Positions 7,051-15,586 of a stretch of DNA of 16,231 nucleotides are shown piece by piece. The DNA is taken from assembly GCA_964372185.1 (NCBI GenBank), contig CAYJPZ010000087.1:1-16231 (forward strand), in the 5' to 3' direction. This stretch comes from an uncultured candidatus Brocadiaceae bacterium (GTDB lineage: Bacteria > Planctomycetota > Brocadiia > Brocadiales > Brocadiaceae). The number at the start of each line of letters is the position of its first letter. Within the stretch, counting starts at the first letter, position 1. The notes under the pieces were generated by a model. The model saw only the letters and a list, made by a program, of their open reading frames with translations. It had not been told where the DNA came from and searched no databases. The position numbers were made by a program, and so were the translations under genes.

Positions 7051-8232
7051 CTATGGACTGCACGCAATGTAAGCAAATAAAGCCGGTCCGTTGCACAGGA
7101 TATCCTCATCAAGAAGAAACCGCGGACTGTGCAAAGGATGCTGGGTGCCTTTCTCCAGGCATCCGGAACCTAAAAATATATATGCCCCCTTTATTTTTTC
7201 AAGGTAGTAGGAGAAGTCCTCCCCGCCCATTTTGGGATCGATCTTTTCAACTGCATTGCCGCCAAAAAGCTCAACAATTTTGTCCTGAATAAACTGCAAC
7301 TGAGGCTGAGGATTATTAAGGGGTGGATGACCCCTAAGATATTCAAATTGGTACGACGCATTATTGAGGGAGGTGATTCCTTTGATCGTGTCTTCAAGCA
7401 GGAGCGGCATCCGGTGGCGTAATTCCTTAGAAAGCGTCCTTACCGTACCCGTTATTTTTACCGTGTCGGGGATTACGTTAAAGGTTGTCCCCCCTGCAAT
7501 CTGGCATAACGACACGACGCAAGGAGATAAAGGGTTTATCCGCCGCGAGACGATGGTCTGTATCGCCAATATTACCTCAGCGGCAATAACGATGGGATCA
7601 ACACACAGATGTGGGGTGGAGGCATGGCCTCCTTTTCCTGTAATAGTAATAATGATGCGGTCCGTTGCCGCCATGGTTGGTCCGTGCCGCAATCCAAAAA
7701 CGCCTGATGCGATGCAGGGATCGATATGCATGCCGTAGATCTCGTCAACACCGCTCAAAACCCCTTCGTCAACCATCATTTTGGCGCCACCGGGGTGTTG
7801 TTCCTCACAGGGTTGGAAGATGAATTTCACCTGCCGTTTGAGCCTGCCTTGCATCATGGTCATGAGCTTTGCCGCGCCCAGCAGCATTGCCATGTTGGCG
7901 TCGTGGCCGCAGGCATGTGAAACACCCTCGTTCTGCGATTTAAACTCCAGGCAGTTTTCTTCCGTTATGGGCAATGCGTCCATGTCCGCCCGAAAGGCAA
8001 CCGTCTTTTTGGCGTTTGGAATGGGAAGCGCGCCGACGATGCCGGTTTTAGCGATATTTGTTTGCGCGCTAATGCCCATCCGTTGTAACTCTTCAGCAAT
8101 AACGCCCGACGTGCGGGTTTCAAGAAAACCCGTTTCCGGGTATTTGTGGAATTCTCTCCTCATTTGGACGACGTAATCATGGACGTCTTTGGCGCGAGCG
8201 AGTATTTCCTGAGCAAGTTCTTGATTCTGCAT
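7051..8232 (-). CDS. M20 family amidohydrolase / peptidase (hippurate hydrolase-like, N-acyl-amino-acid deacylase type)
   Basis: 393 aa. RREFHKYPETGF, TVAFRADMDALPITEE, SHACGHDANMAMLLGAA, FIFQPCEEQHPGGAKMMVDEG and MGGEDFSYYLE are hallmark M20D motifs. Confidence 0.93.
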   Translation of the reverse strand: MQNQELAQEILARAKDVHDYVVQMRREFHKYPETGFLETRTSGVIAEELQRMGISAQTNIAKTGIVGALPIPNAKKTVAFRADMDALPITEENCLEFKSQNEGVSHACGHDANMAMLLGAAKLMTMMQGRLKRQVKFIFQPCEEQHPGGAKMMVDEGVLSGVDEIYGMHIDPCIASGVFGLRHGPTMAATDRIIITITGKGGHASTPHLCVDPIVIAAEVILAIQTIVSRRINPLSPCVVSLCQIAGGTTFNVIPDTVKITGTVRTLSKELRHRMPLLLEDTIKGITSLNNASYQFEYLRGHPPLNNPQPQLQFIQDKIVELFGGNAVEKIDPKMGGEDFSYYLEKIKGAYIFLGSGCLEKGTQHPLHSPRFLLDEDILCNGPALFAYIACSP

Positions 8233-8910
8233 GAATAATTCCTCTTTTTAAAAGTGCGCCTATAAAGCGTACTGGCGCTACGAACGGATGTCAAGATTGT
8301 TTCGAAGGTGATGCGCAAAACCTTTTAAAATTCTTGACAAGGGCATAACGGCATTATTTTATCAAACACGGGGTCAGATTACAAACCTGATAATCATATA
8401 GAAGTCCCCTTCAGGCGCGCCCACCATAGTGAAATGGATGACACCTTGAAAGATGGTTGGTAAATTATAACAAAGTAAGACTGAGGCGAGCAATGGGATA
8501 TTTTGTAGGAGTAGATTTACATGGTGACGATGATTATGGTTCATCTCCCTATCGAGTGGGTAAAAAAGAGAGAAAAAAGTCTTAGTAATAAAGTTCACCC
8601 GACAGGGGGAAAAACCGTACAGATAAAAAACTGGTTGAGGGATTGAGGAATGGAGATAAACAAACGTTCCTCACAAGCACCCCGGTCAGTTTTGTTTTTG
8701 GGCTTCACTGATTACGTTCAGCCCAACCAACCCGGCTCTATTACAATTGTAAGTCAATAAGTCTTTTTAAGAGTATATCTTCAATGTTTTGACGTGAATC
8801 CAATATTGATAAAACGTATACGCTTTTCCCCCATATTCTGTAAGATTACTCTCCATGGAGATATTATCAATTTACCCTTTTACTTTTAACTAAATTAATA
8901 CTGCTCTGTT

Positions 8911-9636
8911 TTGTGGATACTTCAAGACCTTATCATCACTCGTTACCTCAAAAGAAAGACCCATTACTGCATCGGGTTAAATGACAAGATTGTCAGATTG
9001 GAATTAGGGGCTGATGAATACATACCAAAGCCCTTTGAGCCCCTGGAAGTGCTGGCGCGCGTAAAAACAGGCGAGCGTATTATAAAATTACAAAACACGC
9101 TTGAGAACAGCGCAAGATATTATGAAACGCTTGCGTTTACTGACGAGCTGACAAAACTTTATAACCGCAGGTTTTTCAATGAAGTTTTAAGGAAAGAATT
9201 TGCAATGGCAAAGAGGTATCAGCGCCCCCTTTCAATAATCCTGCTTGATATAGATCGTTTTAAACTATTTAATGATAAATACGGACATCCCACAGGAGAC
9301 GTTGTTTTACAAACAGTTGCCGCCGTTTTAAAAAAAACTGTAAGGGAGAGCGATATTGCAGCCAGGTACGGAGGCGAAGAGTTTTCTATCTTATTGATAA
9401 ATACACAAAAAGACCCTTCCGTTGAAATGGCGGAAAGGGTTAGAATAGCGGTAGAAGACACAAAAGCAGACACCGATCACGGCAGGCTTTCAGTTACCAT
9501 TAGCCTGGGGATAGGCATAAGGGAAAATACCGCAGCGGACGTGAATTCTCCTGATGAACTATTTGATCAGGCAGACGCGGCGCTCCTTATGGCAAAGCAA
9601 ACAGGCAGAAACAAGGTCTGCTGCAACACTCCATAG
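8911..9636 (+). CDS. Diguanylate cyclase with 5'-truncated receiver (REC) domain
   Basis: VRLELGADEYIPKPFEPLEVLARVKTGERIIKL is the C-terminal end of a receiver domain. It is followed by a full GGDEF domain (TDELTKLYNRRFFNE...DIDRFKLFNDKYGH...RYGGEEF), with RESD placed as an I-site RxxD five residues before GGEEF. The first part of REC, including the phospho-acceptor Asp, is not readable. Confidence 0.85.
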   Translation: MWILQDLIITRYLKRKTHYCIGLNDKIVRLELGADEYIPKPFEPLEVLARVKTGERIIKLQNTLENSARYYETLAFTDELTKLYNRRFFNEVLRKEFAMAKRYQRPLSIILLDIDRFKLFNDKYGHPTGDVVLQTVAAVLKKTVRESDIAARYGGEEFSILLINTQKDPSVEMAERVRIAVEDTKADTDHGRLSVTISLGIGIRENTAADVNSPDELFDQADAALLMAKQTGRNKVCCNTP

Positions 9637-9675
9637 ACTAAAAACTGGTAATTCTACAAAACCGATAAACCCTTG

Positions 9676-10260
9676 CTACTGCAACCGGGGGTCAAAAGGC
9701 CCAAGCGCCTTGCCTGCAACCCGAAACTCCTCTTCCAGCAGCCATTTTTTTATAGCCAACCCCGATGCGTAACCGGTCAACCGTCCGTCCGCACCAATAA
9801 CCCTGTGGCAAGGAATTATGGGGGGGAGGGGATTGTTGTGATTGGCGGAACCTACGGCCCTGGATGCCCCGGGACTCCCGATCTGCTCCGCCACCCATTG
9901 GTAAGACCGGCATTCTCCGTAGGGAATCTCCTGCAGTTTCTTCCATACCTTCGTCTGAAACGGGGTTCCACTGCTTATATCCAGGGAGAAATCGAAGGTT
10001 ACTTGTTTACCGGAGAAGTATGTCCTTAGAGCGGCAATTTCATACTGTAGGGATACGTCGTTTCTTTCGATGGGTGTTGCGGCTTTTTTGAAAAAGGCGT
10101 GCAGGAAACCGTTTTCCGTGTCGTGGGGAAAAGAAATCCGACAAACCCCGCGCGCATTTTTTGCTACGAAGACCAGCCCTACAGGGGTGGAAAGACTGCT
10201 GAAGTAAATCACACCGGAATTACTTTCTTGCACTTTTGTTTGCAGCACCCTTATTTCCAT
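9676..10260 (-). CDS. ogt: Methylated-DNA--[protein]-cysteine S-methyltransferase (Ogt/MGMT family)
   Basis: Active-site block IIPCHRVIGADGRLTGYASGLAIKKWLLEEE and GTPFQTKVWKKLQEIPYGECRSY. The ORF track start at 10347 gives an atypical extension overlapping the upstream gene, so the internal Met at 10260 (MEIRVLQTKV) is preferred. Confidence 0.9.
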   Translation of the reverse strand: MEIRVLQTKVQESNSGVIYFSSLSTPVGLVFVAKNARGVCRISFPHDTENGFLHAFFKKAATPIERNDVSLQYEIAALRTYFSGKQVTFDFSLDISSGTPFQTKVWKKLQEIPYGECRSYQWVAEQIGSPGASRAVGSANHNNPLPPIIPCHRVIGADGRLTGYASGLAIKKWLLEEEFRVAGKALGPFDPRLQ

Positions 10261-11050
10261 CGCCGTCGCCCTTGCCCTTTGAGCCTTTACCCGCGCCGGA
10301 ACCTTTACGTCCAATAGTGCTGCGATATCCCGCAACAATCCCCACAAGAACTAGGGTTGAAGAAAACAAAAAGACCAGAGCGCAGAGGGACAGGACGGTT
10401 ATTGCCCATAAATCATGGATGCAAAAACGCCACCACGAATATTTCAACAGGCGCACGCCGAATCTTTCCAGACAGAAAAAGGTTAGCGCCAGGACAAAAA
10501 ATCCAAGTAGTAAATACTTAATATCCTCTTTTTTGGGCGCCATAGAAAAAGAAAAAACAAGGACGGTCAACAAAAAGAAGATATGGCATATATTGGTGAT
10601 ATGAAACTGCCGATGGAAGGTGTAGAACGTTGTCACAACGGCAATATAGAGATACTTTATGATATTGAATAACCCATAAAGTGAAAAGTGAAACTCGTAA
10701 TTAATAGATTGCGTGAAGCGGATGGGGTTACCAAGTATTGTTGATATAAAAAAGATAAAAAAGGCGCATCCGAAAATGGGGGCAACGGCGACCAGGAAGT
10801 CAAACACCACCGGAATCTTCGGCTTGTCATACTTAATTTCCGAATCATTGAGCGCAAATAAGTTCAATTCTTTAATGGTTGTTCCCGTTATGAGGCATAC
10901 GAGCGCGTGGCTAAGGTCGTGAACGATGCTGCCCGGCAAAAGGAACACCTTGATTATTTTTGCATCGGTGTATTTTCCCCATAATCCGGAAGTCGCAGAG
11001 CTGAGGATGGCAACCAGGATAAGACCAAGACCAAGTAGTAAGTATATCAT
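10220..11050 (-). CDS. Hypothetical multi-pass membrane protein with HDxxH motif and Gly/Lys-rich tail
   Basis: 276 aa with several hydrophobic segments. LLPGSIVHDLSHALVCLITGTTIKEL resembles the 'PG..lHElsHa..a...G' block of M50-like membrane proteins with Asp in place of Glu. C-terminus is RKGSGAGKGSKGKGDGDGNKGAANKSARK. Confidence 0.7.
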   Translation of the reverse strand: MIYLLLGLGLILVAILSSATSGLWGKYTDAKIIKVFLLPGSIVHDLSHALVCLITGTTIKELNLFALNDSEIKYDKPKIPVVFDFLVAVAPIFGCAFFIFFISTILGNPIRFTQSINYEFHFSLYGLFNIIKYLYIAVVTTFYTFHRQFHITNICHIFFLLTVLVFSFSMAPKKEDIKYLLLGFFVLALTFFCLERFGVRLLKYSWWRFCIHDLWAITVLSLCALVFLFSSTLVLVGIVAGYRSTIGRKGSGAGKGSKGKGDGDGNKGAANKSARK

Positions 11051-11323
11051 AATCTAATAGAAAAAAACTCCGTAATGATTGAAACACAATAACCCGAAAT
11101 TTGCGAAACCGGTTTTTATCGGTTCGAGGCTTCACTTCACTAATCATGGACAGTATATTCAGAGAGTATAGATTAGCAAAGCGTCAGGCGGTATGTCAAA
11201 CAGAAAGTGTTAGGAAAGCAAATATTTGTTTTGCAATTTGGCGTGAGAAATATATAATTTATACGTTGTAGGAACTTTCTGCCGAATAGCAACTACTTAT
11301 TAGCTCATAAAGAATACTTGAGT

Positions 11324-11399
11324 GGGGACGTAGCTCAGCCGGGAGAGCGTCTCGTTCGCAATGAGAAGGTCAGGGGTTCGATTCCCCTCGTCTCCACCA
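11324..11399 (+). tRNA. tRNA-Ala (anticodon CGC), CCA encoded
   Basis: GGGGACG/CGTCTCC acceptor stem with G3:U70 wobble (Ala identity), D-arm GCTC-AGCCGGGA-GAGC, anticodon arm TCTCG-TTCGCAA-TGAGA, T-arm AGGGG-TTCGATT-CCCCT, then A73 and CCA. Confidence 0.96.
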
Positions 11400-11510
11400 T
11401 TTATGTTTTCATGGGTCAAGGCCTTGTTAAGCTTCAAAGCCTTTCCTCAGACTTTATGAAGACATATTCAACGGTAACCAAGCCTATTCAAAACCAAGAC
11501 CATTTGCTTT

Positions 11511-11888
11511 ATGTATGTTGGCATTGATATTATTGAGATAAAACGCATAGAAAGATTGTTTTCTGCAAATGAAGGTTTTTTAAAGAAAATCTACACGGAA
11601 AATGAGGTCGCCTACTGCAACGGAAGAAAAAATAAATACCAGCACTTTGCCGCCCGCTTTGCCGCAAAAGAGGCCATGTTCAAGGCGCTGGGAACGGGTT
11701 GGAGGGGTACCATGAAGTGGACGGACATCGAGACGCTCAATGACGAAACGGGCAGGCCATATCTCAATTTGTACGGAAGCGTAAAAGAACTGGCGGACAA
11801 GAAAAAGATCCATTCTATCGCCGTGTCACTATCACACTGCCAGGATTATGCTATAGCAGAGGTGCTTTTGGTGGTAGGAATGGCGTAG
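11511..11888 (+). CDS. acpS: Holo-[acyl-carrier-protein] synthase
   Basis: 125 aa. VGIDIIEIKRIERLF, YTENEVAYC, FAARFAAKEAMFKALGTGWRG and SIAVSLSHCQDYAIAEVLL are canonical AcpS motifs. Confidence 0.95.
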   Translation: MYVGIDIIEIKRIERLFSANEGFLKKIYTENEVAYCNGRKNKYQHFAARFAAKEAMFKALGTGWRGTMKWTDIETLNDETGRPYLNLYGSVKELADKKKIHSIAVSLSHCQDYAIAEVLLVVGMA

Positions 11889-11973
11889 CCTCCGTTAAAC
11901 GCCAATTGGTCGCGTAACAACTGGCAGAGTACGATTGACATACTAATCGGAGTAAAATAGGGGGATTTGTGTA

Positions 11974-12205
11974 ATGGCACACACGGTAATTTTTGATACG
12001 CTGGCATATGCAAAAGAAACATAAGGAAGCCGGAGTTCCTGATGCGCAGGCAGAAGTGCATGCAGAGGCTATTGCAGAATTAATTGATGAACGTTTAGCA
12101 ACAAAACAGGCTTTGAAAGAACTGGAATTACGCCTGACCATTCGCCTGGGGGCTATGATGGCCGCCAGTATTGCAATTATAGCCGCGTTGGTTAAGTTGC
12201 TGTAG
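11974..12205 (+). pseudogene. Small coiled-coil/TM protein gene (DUF1640-like), apparently split by a 1-nt frameshift
   Basis: Frame 1 from ATG 11974 reads MAHTVIFDTLAYAKET*. The next frame continues KKHKEAGVPDAQAEVHAEAIAELIDERLATKQALKELELRLTIRLGAMMAASIAIIAALVKLL. Removing one A at GCAAAAGAAAC gives one continuous protein. Confidence 0.65.
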
Positions 12206-12229
12206 AAGGAATGCAAGAGAGGAATATTC

Positions 12230-13711
12230 ATGAAAAAACTGGTGTTGATTAATCCTCACCCAATCGGAAACGTAGGGGAGGAAAACGTATCCGTATTAAA
12301 CCAAATGCCGGTAAACCTCGGCTATCTCAAGGTGTTAACCCCAAAAAACTGGGACGTCGATATCATTGATGAAACCCAGGAACACGCCGTAGATGAAGTT
12401 ACCGGCGACATTACCTTTGGCGGGGCTGACCTGGTGGGCGTCACCGCCGTCAGTTACCAGGCACAGCGGGCGTATCAGATTGCGGCTGCGTGCAGGAAGC
12501 GGGGCATACCCGTCATTATGGGTGGTATCCATGCCACCAGCTATCCGGAAGAGGCTGCAAAACACGTTGACTGCGTGGTAACCAGGGAGGCCGTTACTAC
12601 CTGGGAAAAGATTATCCGTGATTTTGAGAAGGGACAGCTCCAAAGGCGGTACGACGGTGTGCTGACACCCATGGAGCTTTATCACGGACTGCGCCCCGAC
12701 AGAAAATTTCTGCAAGACAAATACAAGTACCGCTATTCAGGGATTATTACCACTGCCGGATGTCCGTTTAGCTGTGAGTTTTGCTCCGTCCCCCAATTCC
12801 AGGGAAAGAAATACCGGGAAAGGCCGATAGAGGACGTGCTGGATGAATTTGAGTCCATCAAGGGGCAATTCCGCGGCCTGATCCTGACGGATGAAAACTT
12901 CTACGGCCACAGCAAGAAGTCGAACGAGCGGGTACTGGAGCTTTTCAAAGGGATGGTGGATAGGGGTATTTACCAAAACTGGTTTGGTTTTACCTCGCTC
13001 AATATCTATAAAGACGACGAGACCCTTGAGTATATGAAGAAGAGCGGATGCGTCGGAGTGCTTATCGGGATCGAATCCATCAACGAGGAAGCCCTGAAGA
13101 CGATGAACAAGAACGTAAACCTGCGCATATCCATAGAAAACTACTTCGAGGCCATTGCCAACATCCGCAAGCACGGCCTGGCAGTATGGGGAACGATGGT
13201 CTTCGGGAACGACGCCGACACCCCGGACACCTTTAAACAGGTCGCCGATTTTGTCCTTGATTCCCACGTAGATATTATGACCTGCGGCATCCTGTGCCCA
13301 TTCATTAATACGCCGCTGTATCACCGTTTGAACAACGATGGCAGGCTTTTCAGGACGAATTTCCCGGCGGATTGGAAGTATTATACGTCACACCACCTCA
13401 CCTATATCCTCAAAAACATGTCTCTCCAGGAACTTATCGACGGCTTCCAGTATCTGTACGACAAGATTTACGACACCGGCGTGCTGCGGAAGAGGTTTCA
13501 AAATGCCAAAGAGGTACTTGCGGACAACATGAATGCCGCCATGTTCGCGTTCCGGGTAAACCTGGACTGGCAAAGCGTCTACCAGCACTTGATACAGAAT
13601 TTGAAAGACTTACAGACAACGGGGTTTTATGAAGAGATGCTGAAAAGACATAACCAGGCAAAGAAACAGGGGAAGATATCGGAATTAGCATCGGTTGGGA
13701 TTACGCCGTAG
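12230..13711 (+). CDS. B12-binding-domain radical SAM protein
   Basis: 493 aa. N-terminal cobalamin-binding-like region (LVLINPHP...NLGYLKVLTPKNWDVDIIDE...LVGVTAVSYQAQRAYQIAAACRKRGIPVIMGGIHAT) followed by the CxxxCxxC cluster motif in TTAGCPFSCEFCSVPQFQGKKYRER. Confidence 0.93.
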   Translation: MKKLVLINPHPIGNVGEENVSVLNQMPVNLGYLKVLTPKNWDVDIIDETQEHAVDEVTGDITFGGADLVGVTAVSYQAQRAYQIAAACRKRGIPVIMGGIHATSYPEEAAKHVDCVVTREAVTTWEKIIRDFEKGQLQRRYDGVLTPMELYHGLRPDRKFLQDKYKYRYSGIITTAGCPFSCEFCSVPQFQGKKYRERPIEDVLDEFESIKGQFRGLILTDENFYGHSKKSNERVLELFKGMVDRGIYQNWFGFTSLNIYKDDETLEYMKKSGCVGVLIGIESINEEALKTMNKNVNLRISIENYFEAIANIRKHGLAVWGTMVFGNDADTPDTFKQVADFVLDSHVDIMTCGILCPFINTPLYHRLNNDGRLFRTNFPADWKYYTSHHLTYILKNMSLQELIDGFQYLYDKIYDTGVLRKRFQNAKEVLADNMNAAMFAFRVNLDWQSVYQHLIQNLKDLQTTGFYEEMLKRHNQAKKQGKISELASVGITP

Positions 13712-13828
13712 GATAGCATACCGTTTCAGACCATTAATAATACGTTCGAGAATATTAATTTAGGATTCATGTTACAAACGTAAATCCACCGTAGGTGGTA
13801 ACAATCAAATCCTTAGGGGAGCATTATC

Positions 13829-14128
13829 ATGGCAGTGATAACGGTACCCAGGGTGCTGCGGGAAAAACGAGGGGAAGACGGCGCTGATTCTTTGGTAGAA
13901 TTAATGAACAAAACAGACGTCGTGGTAAAAGAGGACGTGCTGGTATTTGTAGAGGAAAAGTTTGAAAGGCGACGGGCTGAAGAATTAGCAAAAGTTAACG
14001 AAGTAATTGCCCAAACGAATGTAAAAATTGCTGAAACAAAATCAGAAATAGTTTGCTGGATGTTTATATTTTGGGCAGGCCAAATAGGGGTGATGATCGG
14101 TATCTTATTCGCCTTTTTTAGAAAATAA
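13829..14128 (+). CDS. Small coiled-coil protein with C-terminal transmembrane segment (DUF1640-like)
   Basis: 99 aa, MAVITVPRVLREKRGEDGADSLVELMNKTD... charged helical region, then WMFIFWAGQIGVMIGILFAFFRK. An AGGGGAG ribosome-binding site lies just upstream. Confidence 0.75.
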   Translation: MAVITVPRVLREKRGEDGADSLVELMNKTDVVVKEDVLVFVEEKFERRRAEELAKVNEVIAQTNVKIAETKSEIVCWMFIFWAGQIGVMIGILFAFFRK

Positions 14129-14163
14129 GTTATTATTGGAGGTTGTTCAAAGAACATACGGCT

Positions 14164-15375
14164 ATGCCAAAGGTAGTCATCACCGGTTTAGGATTAGTTA
14201 CACCCGTCGGTACCGGCATAAAAAAAAGCTGGGAGTCGTTCCTCCGGGGCAGGAGCGGCGCAAACGAGATGAAGTCCTTTGACACCTCGAAATACAAGGT
14301 ACACCGCTCCTGTGAGGTAAAAGACTTTGCCCTGGACGTCGAACTGGACAACCAGATAAAAGAAAACACCATCCACAAATACGTCTATTACGCCGCACGT
14401 GAAGCACTCCTGGAAAGCGGCCTGCCGGACGAAAAGCATTGTGACCGTGAACGGTTCGGCGTCGCCATTGGAACACTGGCCGCAGAACTAACCCCTTTTG
14501 AGCGATTGCTGAGAGTAGACACCTCGAAAAAAGACAACGGTTTTGACAAAATCGTTGCAGCCGTCTATCCGCCCAACTCCATCACCAACGTCCTTGCCCG
14601 ATATTTCGGCTTTGAAGGTCCGACGATGATCTCGCTGAATGCCTGCTCTTCCGGCAACCACGCTATCGCCTGGGCGTATGACCGCCTGATGGAAGACAAG
14701 GTTGACGTGGTAATGGTCGGCGGAGGAGATATGATCCCTCAAACGGAGTTCACCCACTTCCACAACCTCAAGTCCCTTGCGCCGGAACGGTGCCAGCCCT
14801 TCGACAAAAATCGTCAGGGTCTCATGATTGGCGAGGGCGCCGGCATCCTCATCATGGAACGCTATGAATTTGCGAAAAAACGCGGTGCGAAGATTATTGC
14901 CGAAATGGCCGGATACGGGCTAAGCTGCGATGGATTCCACATGACCGCGCCCCATCCGGAAGGTAATGGCGCCGTGAAATGCATGAGCGATGCGCTGAAG
15001 ATGGCAGGGCTTTCGTCCGCCGATATCGACTACATCAATGCGCATGGCACAGGCACCCCGCACAACGACAAATCGGAGACCATCGCCATAAAGCGGGTAT
15101 TCCAGGACCGCGCTTACAAGATACCGTGCAGTTCCACAAAATCAATGATTGGCCATCTTATGGGCGCCGCCAGCGCCGTTGAATCGGTCATCTGCTGCCT
15201 GGCATTGCGGCACGGGATGCTGCCCCCAACGATTAACTACGAAACACCCGATCCCGAATGCGATCTCGACTATATACCGAATACCGCACGAGAATGGAAG
15301 GTAAGGCACGTCCTAAACAACTCCTTCGCATTCGGCGGGAATAATGCAACGACGATATTTAGCCGGGTAGATTAA
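14164..15375 (+). CDS. fabF: Beta-ketoacyl-ACP synthase II-like (FabF/KAS II family)
   Basis: MPKVVITGLGLVTPVGTG start. Catalytic triad in SLNACSSGNHAIAWA (Cys), INAHGTGTPHND (His) and STKSMIGHLMGAASAVE (His); C-terminal NNSFAFGGNNAT. The track start at 14143 adds 7 residues before the canonical MPKVVITG. Confidence 0.93.
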   Translation: MPKVVITGLGLVTPVGTGIKKSWESFLRGRSGANEMKSFDTSKYKVHRSCEVKDFALDVELDNQIKENTIHKYVYYAAREALLESGLPDEKHCDRERFGVAIGTLAAELTPFERLLRVDTSKKDNGFDKIVAAVYPPNSITNVLARYFGFEGPTMISLNACSSGNHAIAWAYDRLMEDKVDVVMVGGGDMIPQTEFTHFHNLKSLAPERCQPFDKNRQGLMIGEGAGILIMERYEFAKKRGAKIIAEMAGYGLSCDGFHMTAPHPEGNGAVKCMSDALKMAGLSSADIDYINAHGTGTPHNDKSETIAIKRVFQDRAYKIPCSSTKSMIGHLMGAASAVESVICCLALRHGMLPPTINYETPDPECDLDYIPNTAREWKVRHVLNNSFAFGGNNATTIFSRVD

Positions 15376-15474
15376 GCGAATTAATCGTTAAACCGGCTGG
15401 GCTGGGCGGCATGGACAAACCCCGTTTATCCGCGCCTGTTTGTGACCCACAACATTCCTTTGTTAAAAAATTAA

Positions 15475-15580
15475 GCAGCGTATTTTTTGCAAAGGGTTTT
15501 TGGCACCCTGTGTCGTCAATGGCAAGAAGCCCGTCTTTTGTGGATACAGTGGTTCTTCGTTTTTGAATAATTTCCAGTGA
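15475..15580 (-). pseudogene. Possible DDE transposase fragment
   Basis: The minus-strand frame reads LEIIQKRRTTVSTKDGLLAIDDTGCQKPFAKN. The 'LAIDDTG..KP.AK' string resembles the first catalytic Asp block of IS4/IS701-type transposases. No flanking domains are readable. Confidence 0.35.
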
Positions 15581-15586
15581 CTGGAA

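Noticed and set aside
7781-8176. Plus-strand ORF of 131 aa
   Set aside because: Antisense to the M20 amidohydrolase, which has strong motif support.
8374-8598. 74-aa minus-strand ORF in the intergenic gap
   Set aside because: No recognisable domain and composition typical of non-coding AT-rich DNA. The region is better explained as decayed sequence.
9673-10029. Plus-strand ORF of 118 aa
   Set aside because: Antisense to the Ogt-like gene containing the PCHRV active site.
10261-10347. N-terminal extension of the Ogt-like ORF (MWGLLRDIAALLDVKVPARVKAQRARATA)
   Set aside because: It overlaps the 3' end of the upstream membrane-protein gene on the same strand and has no similarity to Ogt N-termini. 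The internal Met at 10260 is a better start.
12737-13324. 195-aa minus-strand ORF
   Set aside because: Antisense to the radical SAM coding sequence, which carries the CxxxCxxC motif.
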